Shown here: one piece after another, positions 1 to 9,948 of the stretch
Layout of the letters: the number at the start of each line of letters is the position of its first letter
Numbering within the stretch: position 1 is the stretch's first letter
Virus record (IMG/VR): IMGVR_UViG_3300032293_000813
Coordinates: 23,000-86,999 of that record
Strand: one strand, 5' to 3'
Source: a virus
Lineage: Duplodnaviria; Heunggongvirae; Uroviricota; Caudoviricetes
DNA: 64,000 nt
Position numbers and translations under genes: made by a program
The notes under the pieces: model-generated
Told to the model about the DNA's origin: nothing
Databases searched by the model: none
The model's input: the letters and a program-made list of their open reading frames with translations, nothing else

Positions 1-279
1 ATCCAACGCCGATGCTATGATTGGGTCGTTATCCATTGCATCATAATCTAAGAATAACTCTCTACGAATTACTTGATATGATAATTGGGTTTGATATACA
101 TCCTGCGTATATCCTGATTGCAATCTATAAAATCTATCCTTTAACGATTTTAAGTTAGTTACCTGTTGACTGTTTTCGGTATCAATAACTCTCGTTCTGT
201 TTCCTTCTTTTTTGACAATAACACCAGTCGAAAAGACCTTTCGTAATCTATCAAAAAAAGAATTGCTGTTTTCTGCCAT
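1..279 (-). CDS. Portal protein (T4 gp20-like), N-terminal part; runs off the window
   Basis: Manual translation from ATG at 279 gives MAENSNSFFDRLRKVFS...ELFLDYDAMDNDPIIASALD, open to position 1. The YDAMDxDPIIASALD motif resembles gp20-like portals, and the gene lies directly downstream of TerL. Confidence 0.75.
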   Translation of the reverse strand, partial: MAENSNSFFDRLRKVFSTGVIVKKEGNRTRVIDTENSQQVTNLKSLKDRFYRLQSGYTQDVYQTQLSYQVIRRELFLDYDAMDNDPIIASALD

Positions 280-373
280 TTTTTATATTATTTTCTATAA
301 TTCTTAAAACTATATTGTATATACATATATATAGAGAATTTACACTAAAACATTAATATATAAGTAAACTTAT

Positions 374-382
374 TATAAATAT
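374..382 (-). promoter_or_regulatory. Putative phage late promoter RTATTTATW (portal)
   Basis: ATATTTATA overlapping the TerL stop; the same motif lies upstream of at least nine other genes. Confidence 0.55.
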
Positions 383-1968
383 CAAAGTAACCATCTTATA
401 TCTTCTTTTTCGCTACCAAAATCCATTTCATACGGATTTTGTCTAAAAGTTTGATGATTATACACCCCCATTTCGTTTCCTGTGGATGCAAATGAGTTTA
501 ATCCTTGTTTAGCTAAATCCATTCTTTCTTGTCTTAAACGTAGTGCGGTATCCCTTACCCATAACCCAATCGCCAAACACATTGTTAAGTCGTCATTATA
601 CCCCCTCATAGCTTCCGCTCTGTTTGTGAACCATATAAAGGTAAATAACTCATCGATTGTTCTCATCGATTGGATTACTACCGATTTTTCTCTGAAGTAT
701 TCATCCAATTTAGATATCATAAGAGGACGGGTTTTAGATGATGTTGTAAATCCTGCTACCTGTCTTCTATCTTCTGCTCCGTGTCTGTTAGTATATTGTT
801 TTTCTACATCGATGTATGTATAATCCGATGTTTGATAATATAGATTGTTATATCCCCTATCTATTATCTGTTGTAGTGCCGCCCACCCAATATTTGCATT
901 CTCCACAACTAATAGTGCATTATTATAATCCGTTGCTACCGAAACTAAGAAATTACCAAATTCCTTTGTATCTATCTTACCTCTATATTCCGCAACCTGA
1001 ACATTGTTAACTACATCCATAACGTGGAAAGCTGAGTAATCCGATGCATCACCTCTGGCAACGTCGGCTACAACCATATAAGATTTATTGTAATCAGGAT
1101 ATTCCCATTTCCAATAGTTTCCATCCCACCCACCTTTTTCAACCGGGTCTTTAACAAATGTTTCCTTATACCACATTAGGATTTCAGGAGATATTACCGT
1201 ATCACCGGAAGATATAAAGTCACAATCACACTCTTGTGCTGCCAACTTTTCTCCCAATACTTTTGTTTGTTCATCTCTCCATCTTTGGTCTCTTTCAGGA
1301 TGAACGGTCCAATGTAGATGGATTGGATTGAACTCATTTGTTCCTTCCTCCGAACCTACCCATTGTTTGTGAAACCAATTACCCACACCATTCGGTGTAG
1401 AAAGTGCTATACAGCTACCACCCGTTGATAGGGCCGGAGTTGCAGATGCCCAAATCTCATTAATATCCGGTACGAAAGCCGCCTCATCGACAACCAGTAG
1501 TGATAGGGCTTCCGAACGACCTGCATCAGGTGAAGATGGAATAGCTTTTACTTGTGAACCATTTACTAATCGCAATGAGAGTTTGTTATCTTCCTGTGTT
1601 GCTACCTTTAAACAGCTCGGTAAGTTATCATACATAACCCTTAACTTTGTTACTAAGTTCTTAGCAACCTCCTGCTTAATCGCAATAACAAGTACGTTAT
1701 AATCTTGATTAAATATCATCTTCCACAAAGAATAACCTGCGGTTAGTGTGGAGATACCTGTTTGTCGGGATTTAAGAACTAAGTTGTATCGATGTTCTTT
1801 AAATTGCAATAAAGTTTTTTCCTGATATGGAAATAACTCAAACCTTAACTTACCTTTTGTAGGGTGTTGAATCTTACAATACTTACGCATGAAATATACG
1901 GGGTCTGCCGCACACTTAACATACTCTTGTCTGATTACATCCTTTAAAGATAATTGTTTATCCTGCAT
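382..1968 (-). CDS. terL: Terminase large subunit (T4 gp17-like)
   Basis: Walker A region LKSRQTGIST, Walker B VVDEAAF, STPNG motif and RNase H-like nuclease motif ADVARG..DYS; 528 aa with no insertion. Confidence 0.95.
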   Translation of the reverse strand: MQDKQLSLKDVIRQEYVKCAADPVYFMRKYCKIQHPTKGKLRFELFPYQEKTLLQFKEHRYNLVLKSRQTGISTLTAGYSLWKMIFNQDYNVLVIAIKQEVAKNLVTKLRVMYDNLPSCLKVATQEDNKLSLRLVNGSQVKAIPSSPDAGRSEALSLLVVDEAAFVPDINEIWASATPALSTGGSCIALSTPNGVGNWFHKQWVGSEEGTNEFNPIHLHWTVHPERDQRWRDEQTKVLGEKLAAQECDCDFISSGDTVISPEILMWYKETFVKDPVEKGGWDGNYWKWEYPDYNKSYMVVADVARGDASDYSAFHVMDVVNNVQVAEYRGKIDTKEFGNFLVSVATDYNNALLVVENANIGWAALQQIIDRGYNNLYYQTSDYTYIDVEKQYTNRHGAEDRRQVAGFTTSSKTRPLMISKLDEYFREKSVVIQSMRTIDELFTFIWFTNRAEAMRGYNDDLTMCLAIGLWVRDTALRLRQERMDLAKQGLNSFASTGNEMGVYNHQTFRQNPYEMDFGSEKEDIRWLL

Positions 1969-2636
1969 TAAAATATTCTGTTTATGATAGGATTATTGAG
2001 TTCCCTCAACTTAGTATCATATATAACTATATCTTCTTCTAATTCTAATAATCCTTTATCAATATTAGCAATTTCCAATTCCATATCAGCTTTCATTTCA
2101 TCCATTGGTTTTGGTAAATGCCATATCTCAGTTTGTCCATTTTCTAAGATATACTCATATTGAGGTTTGAGGTCTTTGATACCACTTTGTATTTGTTCTC
2201 TAGCCTCTTTTGCCTTAGCAATTGCTCTACCAAATACTCTATAGTTCTTATACTCTTCAAATACTCCTAGTTTGGTTGCTTCTGCATCTATTTCTACGTT
2301 ACAATCAATACATAGACCCGATTGCTTAATTAAAAACATATCGTTTGGTCCATATTTTTCTTTAGAACAATCTGGATTTTTACAATTATCCTTTTCCCTT
2401 AAAAATTCTCTTGCTGATTGAAATGCGTCGTGGTTCTTACCTGTTTTTAAAACGAACCCCTCTTTCTGTTCATAACGATGAATCTCGTCTTCCCATACCT
2501 CACCAATTTCCCTTTTAGTGTGTGGATTGGGTTTCTCATAACCAAATGCTTTACTAGGGTCTTCCCCTCTAAACACAAAATCCACCAATTCACGGCGGGT
2601 TTTATGCATTAAATCTTTTCTAAATTCTTTAGCCAT
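1968..2636 (-). CDS. Hypothetical protein with a Cys cluster (possible Zn-binding) and coiled-coil C-terminus
   Basis: 222-aa ORF with CKNPDC...CIDC; its stop overlaps the TerL start (TAATG). Confidence 0.6.
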   Translation of the reverse strand: MAKEFRKDLMHKTRRELVDFVFRGEDPSKAFGYEKPNPHTKREIGEVWEDEIHRYEQKEGFVLKTGKNHDAFQSAREFLREKDNCKNPDCSKEKYGPNDMFLIKQSGLCIDCNVEIDAEATKLGVFEEYKNYRVFGRAIAKAKEAREQIQSGIKDLKPQYEYILENGQTEIWHLPKPMDEMKADMELEIANIDKGLLELEEDIVIYDTKLRELNNPIINRIF

Positions 2637-2679
2637 ATAACCTATTTTTGTATATCTATATATATTATGGAAAATAAGA

Positions 2680-3504
2680 TTAAGGTAATTTTACAACCTC
2701 AATCTTAATCTTAGGAGTGTACCCATCTGGTAGTTCAACTCTAACTCCTTCGAATGATTCTACTTTACTTTCAAAGTAGTTTATCTGCAATATTCTATCT
2801 GTAAGATTCATCACCGTTTGAGAAGATGTCCACATTTCGTCGCTTTGTCTTCTCATATTTAATTGTGAATCCGTTTTAAAAAATTCTTTTCTCATTGCCG
2901 CCGCTATCTCAGTCCAATCACTTACCTTATCTACTGATTTTTCAGCAGTTGTCTTTCTCATCTTAGAAGATAAATACTTAATTCCGTTTGTATATCCTGC
3001 ATCTGTAAATACATGTCCATGATTAGTTCTAACTACAGGACTTTCAGTATTTTGTAGTTTAATATCAGGCTTATGTTTTGATGTAGTTTCAATACTAACC
3101 ATATGTTTTGGAGATGATACGAATGTATGACCTTTAAGTGAAAGCTTTGATTTACCCTTATATGTAAGTGCAGCTTTGATAGCATCCTTAAGAGTTGGTT
3201 GTTTAATGATGTTTCTCATTTTATCACCATCTGGTCCTTGTTTACCACCCTTCTTTACAATTTTATGTTCCGCTTCATCGTGTCCAACTAATAGTGCAGA
3301 ATTGATAACTCCTATACCATTTGCATTCATGCCTTCACTCCAATCGGTGATTATATCATGTAAGTATGCAACTTCTACACCATCTATAATGGTATGAACT
3401 ATTTCTAATTTAGGTTTATATGCTCTATCTCTATTCTTTGCTAGGATAAATTTATCATTAACCTCCTTAGATACAATAATACATTCGGTTACCGGTTTGC
3501 TCAT
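2680..3504 (-). CDS. Ntn-hydrolase (peptidase C45 / acyltransferase-like)
   Basis: Near-N-terminal Cys in C-I-I-V...AKNRDR, then SEGMNANGIGVINS and RTNH, typical of C45/choloylglycine-hydrolase-like Ntn folds. Confidence 0.7.
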   Translation of the reverse strand: MSKPVTECIIVSKEVNDKFILAKNRDRAYKPKLEIVHTIIDGVEVAYLHDIITDWSEGMNANGIGVINSALLVGHDEAEHKIVKKGGKQGPDGDKMRNIIKQPTLKDAIKAALTYKGKSKLSLKGHTFVSSPKHMVSIETTSKHKPDIKLQNTESPVVRTNHGHVFTDAGYTNGIKYLSSKMRKTTAEKSVDKVSDWTEIAAAMRKEFFKTDSQLNMRRQSDEMWTSSQTVMNLTDRILQINYFESKVESFEGVRVELPDGYTPKIKIEVVKLP

Positions 3505-3520
3505 TAGGGAATATTATAGT

Positions 3521-3529
3521 AATAAATAT
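3521..3529 (-). promoter_or_regulatory. Putative late promoter (Ntn hydrolase)
   Basis: ATATTTATT, 16 nt upstream of ATG 3504. Confidence 0.55.
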
Positions 3530-3534
3530 TAGAA

Positions 3535-4050
3535 TTAAACAAATAGATTATGTCTATCAAAACTATTTTCCAAAACATTTTTCATAGAACCCGCTTCCCA
3601 TTTCATATCCAATAAATAAGCAACCCTAATATTATCACCTGTATTAATTACATTATGTTCTATCCTCTGTGAATCAAACCAATGTATTTTACCATCTTCG
3701 AATCTAGTACTGTATTCAACTTCATCCAATTTAAACCAATTTATGCAATTTTCATTTGAGATAATAGGAAGTATAAATCTTCTATATTCATGCCCACCAT
3801 CTTTGTGCCAATCTAATTTACCAGAAGGATGTGTAAAAAATAAAAATATATTATCGATTTCTAACCCATCGAATATAGGTAATACTAATTCATTAAATTG
3901 TTTCAACTTAGGTAACTGATAATTACTATCTAAATTATGCATTGTTACCGTTGGGGTGTGCTCTGATATGGAACTCGTATCATACTGCGCCTTTATTTCC
4001 TTTAGTAACAAATCGGAATCGAATGTTATTTTAGATGTATATAATTCCAT
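3535..4050 (-). CDS. Fe(II)/2-oxoglutarate oxygenase (Asp/Asn beta-hydroxylase-like)
   Basis: HxD motif (WHKDG), distal His in EHNVINTG and RV..LLD, consistent with a DSBH oxygenase. Confidence 0.7.
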   Translation of the reverse strand: MELYTSKITFDSDLLLKEIKAQYDTSSISEHTPTVTMHNLDSNYQLPKLKQFNELVLPIFDGLEIDNIFLFFTHPSGKLDWHKDGGHEYRRFILPIISNENCINWFKLDEVEYSTRFEDGKIHWFDSQRIEHNVINTGDNIRVAYLLDMKWEAGSMKNVLENSFDRHNLFV

Positions 4051-7000
4051 TATCTACTAAATGTGAATATTCCTAAAATTTGATTCAATGGTGCAAAAGC
4101 TCCAGTTAATTTATAGGTTGCTCCCTTATAAGAAAATACAATACCTTCATTCGGTACAATCTTATCAAATCCACCTAATGCATTTAATCTAGTCAATTCT
4201 ATTTCTAATTTAGCTAAGTTTTTCGCATCACCGGTTGCTCTAATAGATGATATAGCAGTTTCTAGTCTACCCACCATTTCTTGTTTAGCCGCTTCCGGAT
4301 TTGCAGTTAATACTGATGTCATAAATGAAAGAACATCTGCGCCAACTCCTAAGAATATCTCTTCAAACTTAAGAAGATTATCCTTTGTTATTTTAGCCTG
4401 GTCTTTCTTATCAGTTTGGTCTGCCCACGCTTTTAGCTTTGTATCTTTGATATCAGCTAAACGGAAACTCTTATCTCCGAAAGCCCATCTCTTAACTAAT
4501 CCTATCTTTTGCTGTTCATCTAATGAAGGTGCGTTCTTATCTACAAATTGTCTCCACCAAGCCTGATGATAATCTGCTACACCATTTTTATCAGTTAATC
4601 CAAACTCACTTTGAAGTTTAGTTATCATTGCTAAGTAAATTGATTGCTTAGCTTTTAAATCTTTATTAACAGGTAGTTTTTGAATTGGAGGCCCTTGTAT
4701 AGTAAACTTAGATTGAACATCTGCGTTTATTTTCTTAACCATTGCCGCCAACTTAGCCCCTGCTGCAGGATTTTCTCCTACTGCATCTCCACTTTCGTTG
4801 TATTCCATTGTTCCATGAAATACTAATAATGATGTACCATATGGAACTACGTTTGTATTCTCTGGATAAATGATTTCACAATTCATAAAACATTTACCAT
4901 CTTTGAATATACCTTTCTTATCCGTATCAGATAATCCTCTTACCGCTGATTCTAAATCTTTAATTGCAAACGTAAACGCATCTGATACAGAACCTCTACC
5001 AGCAAACTTACTGATTACATCCTGAACTCCCATTGCATCTTTACCTTTACTCTTTAAATGTGATTTATTTCTAGCAGCTACTAATCTTCCGTTTACCCAA
5101 CTAATAGCCAATGCCTGTCCATCTGTTTTTTCTCTCGCTAATTCCAACTTACCATTTAATGCCTGTTTAACTATATTCTTTAAATCAGCGAATGTAAGAT
5201 TCATCTGTACATCAAATGGATGATTCATATGTCCGTATGCACCACCTTCCATTATTAAGGATTCAGTTGTGAATACTGGAGTAGCCGATTTGAAATCCGC
5301 TTTTCGCATCACCGTCTTAGCAATCAATTTATTAGCCACTTTGATAAATGCTATATTGATTTTAGAACGATTATCCGTTACAACAAACTCTCTATATTTT
5401 TGTAAGAATTCTAAGAATTTCTTTTTATTTTTTGCCAATCTTTTAAAGAATCCAGTTAATTCGGCGGGAGATATTTCCTTACCATTTCTAGGGTCGTTTA
5501 ACCTTTGAAAGAAATGGTCGGTTTCTTTTCCTAACTCTACATCCTCTGGACTCATTTGAGAATCTGCATATTTTTCAACAGCATCCATATCAGCTTTCGC
5601 CATTTCAAATGCTTTATTCTTAATCTTATACCATCCACCTCCTGGTGTTCTGAATATTCTTGCAGGAATTTTAAATGTAGAACCTATTGGTAATTTACTC
5701 TGATATTGCTTATCTATATGAATTACCTTTGTTATGAATTCTTTTGTTTTGTTATCCGCTCCAACTAATTCTACTTCTATTTTTACAGGTGTTCCCCCAA
5801 TCTTAATAGTTCCACCATATAAGCCGGCATTAAGTTCTGTTATAACACTTTCCTTTTCCATTTTTGCCAACTTATCGTAGTACTTAGGGTCTTCGTATAA
5901 ATGGTCAAATGCAATTTCTTTGGCAACATTAACATCTGTCGTATGTTCCATTTCTACCTTCATACCCCTTTTAAGGTCTTTAACAATAGTATCAACACTT
6001 ATATTGTGTTTTTTTGCAATATCATTAAGTGTCATTCCTTTTGCTAATCCTCCTGGTATCTTATCTTCTCTAAATGGTTTTACCGGCCCCTTTATGGTAG
6101 CATGGATTGAAGCCCATTTTTTAGCTAAATCTCTCTGTGCTATTCCTATATTAGAATCCTTTTCAGTTGGTTTAGTTATACCACCCATTACATTTCCATT
6201 AGGAGTATTTGGTGTCTTAGGTTGTCTAAGATAAGGATTGGGAACTTTTAAATCATCAACTCCCAATCCAGATGGATGGGGAATTTCTCTCGGATGTCTA
6301 ATATTATTATCGGCATCATCATCTGTATATTCAACTTTTCCTTCCCAAAATCTTTTAATCTTTTTTACTTTCTTACCCGCATCCACATTTTCCCAATCTT
6401 CTACTTTATGTGGCTGTGTCGCAGGGTCTAAATCCGTTCCTTTTATATTCTGAACCTTATAGTATAATTTTCTAAACTGAGATTCTTTATCTTTAGTTCT
6501 ACCCTTACCCCTCATATTATCCGCTCTAGGTTTGTCGATTTGTTTCATTCCTAATTGCTTTAACCAAGGCTCAGGCTTACCTCTATCTATAATTCTCAGA
6601 TTACCATCCGGTGTATATCCTGAATCCGGTTCTCCATCTGATTCAACTCCACCGGTTCTAGCTATCTCTGATATAACTTCTTCGGATAACTTAGATAATT
6701 TAAGTGTTATTAGTTTGAATATACTCTCATCAAATTTAGGATATGCTTTTAGAAAATCTTTCTTAGATTGCTCATCCCCAGCCTTTAACCAATTTCTAAC
6801 CTCCGTTCCACTAATTGGGTTTGATTGAGCAGGAGATGCATAAACATATCCTTTATCCCTATACCCCACTTCTACCTTACCCTTATATGGAGTAAAATAT
6901 TTACCACTTAATCTCATTTCATCCTTTTCACCAACTACTGTAATAAACCCAGTTGTTTCCTCCGGATATGAAGCTAACACCTCCATCGGTGCGTAAGGAT

Positions 7001-7271
7001 TTCTAACCTCTACGATTTTATTAGATGGTATCCCAAACATCTTCTGCATAATCATCTTTTTCTCCCTAAAATTAAATGGAGATTTTTGATTATCAGTTTT
7101 ATTAGATGTTGCAATATACACACTATCCTTACCAAATTTCTTTATAAGATTTTCATAGGTTGCAAAGTGTCCCTTATGAAATGGTTGAAATCTACCGGAA
7201 TATACCACTATGGTCTTCTCTATCCCTTCCAAAAGAATCCCATCTACTAAAAATTGAGTTAAACTATTCAT
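4050..7271 (-). CDS. Modular polyprotein: HIGH-type cytidylyltransferase-like domain, DUF5661-like module, small conserved phage domain and C-terminal ligase-like (KxDG) nucleotidyltransferase domain
   Basis: SGRFQPFHKGH (HIGH); KIPGGLAKG...VEMEHT...DHLYEDPKYY; HFFQRLND...KTVMRK; EGGAYGHMNHPFD...EKTDG...NEGIVF..YKLTG. Start moved to ATG 7271 (MNSLTQFL), just downstream of the late-promoter motif at 7278-7286. Confidence 0.7.
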   Translation of the reverse strand: MNSLTQFLVDGILLEGIEKTIVVYSGRFQPFHKGHFATYENLIKKFGKDSVYIATSNKTDNQKSPFNFREKKMIMQKMFGIPSNKIVEVRNPYAPMEVLASYPEETTGFITVVGEKDEMRLSGKYFTPYKGKVEVGYRDKGYVYASPAQSNPISGTEVRNWLKAGDEQSKKDFLKAYPKFDESIFKLITLKLSKLSEEVISEIARTGGVESDGEPDSGYTPDGNLRIIDRGKPEPWLKQLGMKQIDKPRADNMRGKGRTKDKESQFRKLYYKVQNIKGTDLDPATQPHKVEDWENVDAGKKVKKIKRFWEGKVEYTDDDADNNIRHPREIPHPSGLGVDDLKVPNPYLRQPKTPNTPNGNVMGGITKPTEKDSNIGIAQRDLAKKWASIHATIKGPVKPFREDKIPGGLAKGMTLNDIAKKHNISVDTIVKDLKRGMKVEMEHTTDVNVAKEIAFDHLYEDPKYYDKLAKMEKESVITELNAGLYGGTIKIGGTPVKIEVELVGADNKTKEFITKVIHIDKQYQSKLPIGSTFKIPARIFRTPGGGWYKIKNKAFEMAKADMDAVEKYADSQMSPEDVELGKETDHFFQRLNDPRNGKEISPAELTGFFKRLAKNKKKFLEFLQKYREFVVTDNRSKINIAFIKVANKLIAKTVMRKADFKSATPVFTTESLIMEGGAYGHMNHPFDVQMNLTFADLKNIVKQALNGKLELAREKTDGQALAISWVNGRLVAARNKSHLKSKGKDAMGVQDVISKFAGRGSVSDAFTFAIKDLESAVRGLSDTDKKGIFKDGKCFMNCEIIYPENTNVVPYGTSLLVFHGTMEYNESGDAVGENPAAGAKLAAMVKKINADVQSKFTIQGPPIQKLPVNKDLKAKQSIYLAMITKLQSEFGLTDKNGVADYHQAWWRQFVDKNAPSLDEQQKIGLVKRWAFGDKSFRLADIKDTKLKAWADQTDKKDQAKITKDNLLKFEEIFLGVGADVLSFMTSVLTANPEAAKQEMVGRLETAISSIRATGDAKNLAKLEIELTRLNALGGFDKIVPNEGIVFSYKGATYKLTGAFAPLNQILGIFTFSR

Positions 7272-7277
7272 ATCTCT

Positions 7278-7286
7278 AATAAATAT
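7278..7286 (-). promoter_or_regulatory. Putative late promoter (polyprotein)
   Basis: ATATTTATT, 6 nt upstream of ATG 7271. Confidence 0.55.
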
Positions 7287-8116
7287 CAAAAAGTATCGTA
7301 TTTCTCTTTTATGTAACCATCCAATAATTCTGCGAATTTGATATGGGAAAAATAACCTGGATGTAAATCCATAGTTAGTAAATCCGTATCCTCTGCTATA
7401 GTAGATTTAGTATCAACTGAAAATTGGTGGAAATCCGTATAAATTTTATTCCCTATTTTCAATTTTAACATATTATTCTGTTTGAATATAGAATCTATAC
7501 CTATATTGAACTCTCCTTCAAAAAATATAAATTTTATATTATTAAGCTTAAGAAATGATAAAAATGTATCCAATTCTCTGGTTATCTTTGTAAACTCTGT
7601 TTTTCTACTATAGAAGTTTTCTAAATAAACTCTAAGATTTTTAGCCCCAATTCTATCAAAATCCATATAAGTTTCTTCCGTTGAGTATTTTCTAGTTGCA
7701 AAAAGATGATTATATGTCTCATCACTATAATCGGTTGAGGTATATAGTATGTTACATATAATATAATCGTTGAGCTTTTTAGAAAACATATCCAATCTAG
7801 CTAATGATGGTAATTCTAATATAAGAAATAACTCATCCTTTTGTTTCCAATTCTTTTTGACAAACTCATACGCCATTCGAATACTTCTACCTGTACCTCC
7901 ACCACTTGTGGAATCATTTACCACATCACAACCAATTATATTAGCTAACCTATGTGAATAGGTAGTCTCTTCTTGAGTATCCCACCATACATTATATCTA
8001 TCTCTATAGTAGTCTCTAACAAAGGTTTTATTATCTGTCAGAGTAGAGGTTAATTCTAATCCTCCTCCTGCACTATGCGAACATCCGTTACAATAAATTA
8101 GCTTTATATTCTTCAC
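7286..8116 (-). CDS. SGNH/GDSL-like hydrolase or acyltransferase
   Basis: Block I-like NGCSHSAG, G-rich GGGTGRS and C-terminal DLHPGYFSH. Confidence 0.55.
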   Translation of the reverse strand: MKNIKLIYCNGCSHSAGGGLELTSTLTDNKTFVRDYYRDRYNVWWDTQEETTYSHRLANIIGCDVVNDSTSGGGTGRSIRMAYEFVKKNWKQKDELFLILELPSLARLDMFSKKLNDYIICNILYTSTDYSDETYNHLFATRKYSTEETYMDFDRIGAKNLRVYLENFYSRKTEFTKITRELDTFLSFLKLNNIKFIFFEGEFNIGIDSIFKQNNMLKLKIGNKIYTDFHQFSVDTKSTIAEDTDLLTMDLHPGYFSHIKFAELLDGYIKEKYDTF

Positions 8117-9437
8117 CTAAAATTTCTTTACATAAATTAACTTCAGCCATTTCGTAATCGAAAGTAAGAAGTTTCATTTGGTTATATAATAAAATATCCT
8201 CTATTTCTTTAATCTTTATTTTTAACTCTTCTATTGGTATATTACAGATTCTATTGATTTCCGCATTTACCATAGATAACCGCTTCATATCATCGAATTC
8301 GATATCATAACTTTCATCTATAAATCCATCGAATGTTTTGAACCCCATTTCCCTAACCGCTTTTAAATATAATGGAGGAGCTGCTATTAAGAACGGCTGA
8401 AGATACATTATAGGTTTAAATATCTTTTCTGATATAAACCCCTGTTGTTTAAAAAATATAGTATCACTAATCAAACTTATAAATGATTTTTTATAAACTG
8501 ATATATCCTCAAAACCATACCCACTTATCTTAAGAGTTGTATCAAAATCTACCCTATGTTCTGGTAGTGTTAAAACATATTGATAATCCTCCCATAATCC
8601 TAATTCTTTTATTTGGTTTTCATAATCAAATCTATGTTCTCCCAAACTCTCATAAAACTTTGGATTAAATGAAATTAAGAATTTAGATTGCAAATCATTT
8701 TTAAACACATTTGTTATAATGTTTATACGATGATGATGTAACCATTGATTAAAACTTAAGAAATGAAATTGTTTTTGTGAGTAATCTAACAATTCAGGAA
8801 TGTAATTATCTTTCAGATTACTTTGAAAATATTTAGCACTTCTGTTTAGATAATAATTAAATGGAATAAAACTTATATTCTTAGATGCTATATTTGAAAA
8901 ATCATTTAGATAATCATTATAGATAAAAATAACCTTTTTATATTTTAATTTTTTTAATATTTCTAATATAAAAAATTCGTTTAAATGCCCTTCATGTGAA
9001 TAATTGATTAGTATAGTTGCATTTATCTTCTTTATCTTTTCAAATAATCCGTAACTTACACCTTCATAATTGTTCTTAAAAAAATTAATGTGACCAAACG
9101 GTTCTAATATATAGAAAAACTTCTGCCCTTTATATTCTCCCCATTTTTCTATTACATCATCTATATGATGTGTTTTCATCTTAACATCGTATTTCTGATT
9201 GTACTCATTCAATGTTAAAATCTGAAACCCCATATTATTACCCATTACGGTAATATCATTTGAAAATTTGGAGAATAGATGCTTTACCAAATGTCCACCA
9301 TCAGTAGATTTATTTTCGATAATCCACCTCATCGCCGCATCCAACACTTCAGGTGGTTGCCCGTTTGGTAGACATAAATCTTTTATCTTATTATCATATA
9401 CAAAATTAAGATGCATAGTATAGTTCAGGATATTCAA
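8088..9437 (-). CDS. Putative glycosyltransferase (GT10/GT47-like GT-B C-terminal motif), paralog 1
   Basis: FLSFN..HHRI...ISEKIFKPIMYLQPF...GFKTF..IDESYD, shared with 12700-13920 and 13904-15172. Confidence 0.5.
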   Translation of the reverse strand: MNILNYTMHLNFVYDNKIKDLCLPNGQPPEVLDAAMRWIIENKSTDGGHLVKHLFSKFSNDITVMGNNMGFQILTLNEYNQKYDVKMKTHHIDDVIEKWGEYKGQKFFYILEPFGHINFFKNNYEGVSYGLFEKIKKINATILINYSHEGHLNEFFILEILKKLKYKKVIFIYNDYLNDFSNIASKNISFIPFNYYLNRSAKYFQSNLKDNYIPELLDYSQKQFHFLSFNQWLHHHRINIITNVFKNDLQSKFLISFNPKFYESLGEHRFDYENQIKELGLWEDYQYVLTLPEHRVDFDTTLKISGYGFEDISVYKKSFISLISDTIFFKQQGFISEKIFKPIMYLQPFLIAAPPLYLKAVREMGFKTFDGFIDESYDIEFDDMKRLSMVNAEINRICNIPIEELKIKIKEIEDILLYNQMKLLTFDYEMAEVNLCKEILGEEYKANLL

Positions 9438-9948
9438 CTAAACAATGTATTCCTACATTATCCATAGCATATTTGTAACCCAACTCTATATCTTGCCACG
9501 ATTTTAAATCGTGAAATTCTATATTCTTACATAGAGATTTAAATTCATCTAAGTAGTTTCCTTTATGTTGATGTCCAGGGTCTAATGGTTTATCAGAACC
9601 CTTTCCCAATCTAATTAAGATGTGAGGTTTAACTCCGGTCATCATTTCGTATTTATCCAAATGATTAACCAACTGATTAGTCGCTGATATAATGAAATCC
9701 CAACGTGGATAAAATGTAACCACACACTTTCCTGCCATAGCTAATCCTAAACTCATACCCATTTGCGTTTCCTCCATTACAGGCAATTCAATCATTAAGT
9801 TTTTATCTACATTATCCAAAGTAGTACTCATAGGATTCCCTCTATAGATAATCTGTTGTCCGATGAAAACGATATTATCTTTTTTGGAAAGTTCTTCCAT
9901 CGATTTACTTAACGCATCTTTATATGGTGTGTATTCTGGTTGACTCAT
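9406..9948 (-). CDS. ThDP-dependent enzyme beta-like subunit (transketolase pyrimidine-binding domain only)
   Basis: FIGQQI...ELPVMEETQMGMSLGLAMAG...PRWDF...NQLVNH. Start set at ATG 9948 (MSQPEY), which overlaps the upstream TGA as ATGA. Confidence 0.8.
   Translation of the reverse strand: MSQPEYTPYKDALSKSMEELSKKDNIVFIGQQIIYRGNPMSTTLDNVDKNLMIELPVMEETQMGMSLGLAMAGKCVVTFYPRWDFIISATNQLVNHLDKYEMMTGVKPHILIRLGKGSDKPLDPGHQHKGNYLDEFKSLCKNIEFHDLKSWQDIELGYKYAMDNVGIHCLVEYPELYYAS

Noticed and set aside
280-373. TA-rich stretch between terL and portal as an origin or repeat
   Set aside because: It is only low-complexity TATA sequence with no defined repeat unit, which is expected at this AT content.
382-1968. 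Intron or intein in terminase, primase or thyA
   Set aside because: Lengths are normal, the motifs are contiguous, and I saw no intein or homing-endonuclease insert.
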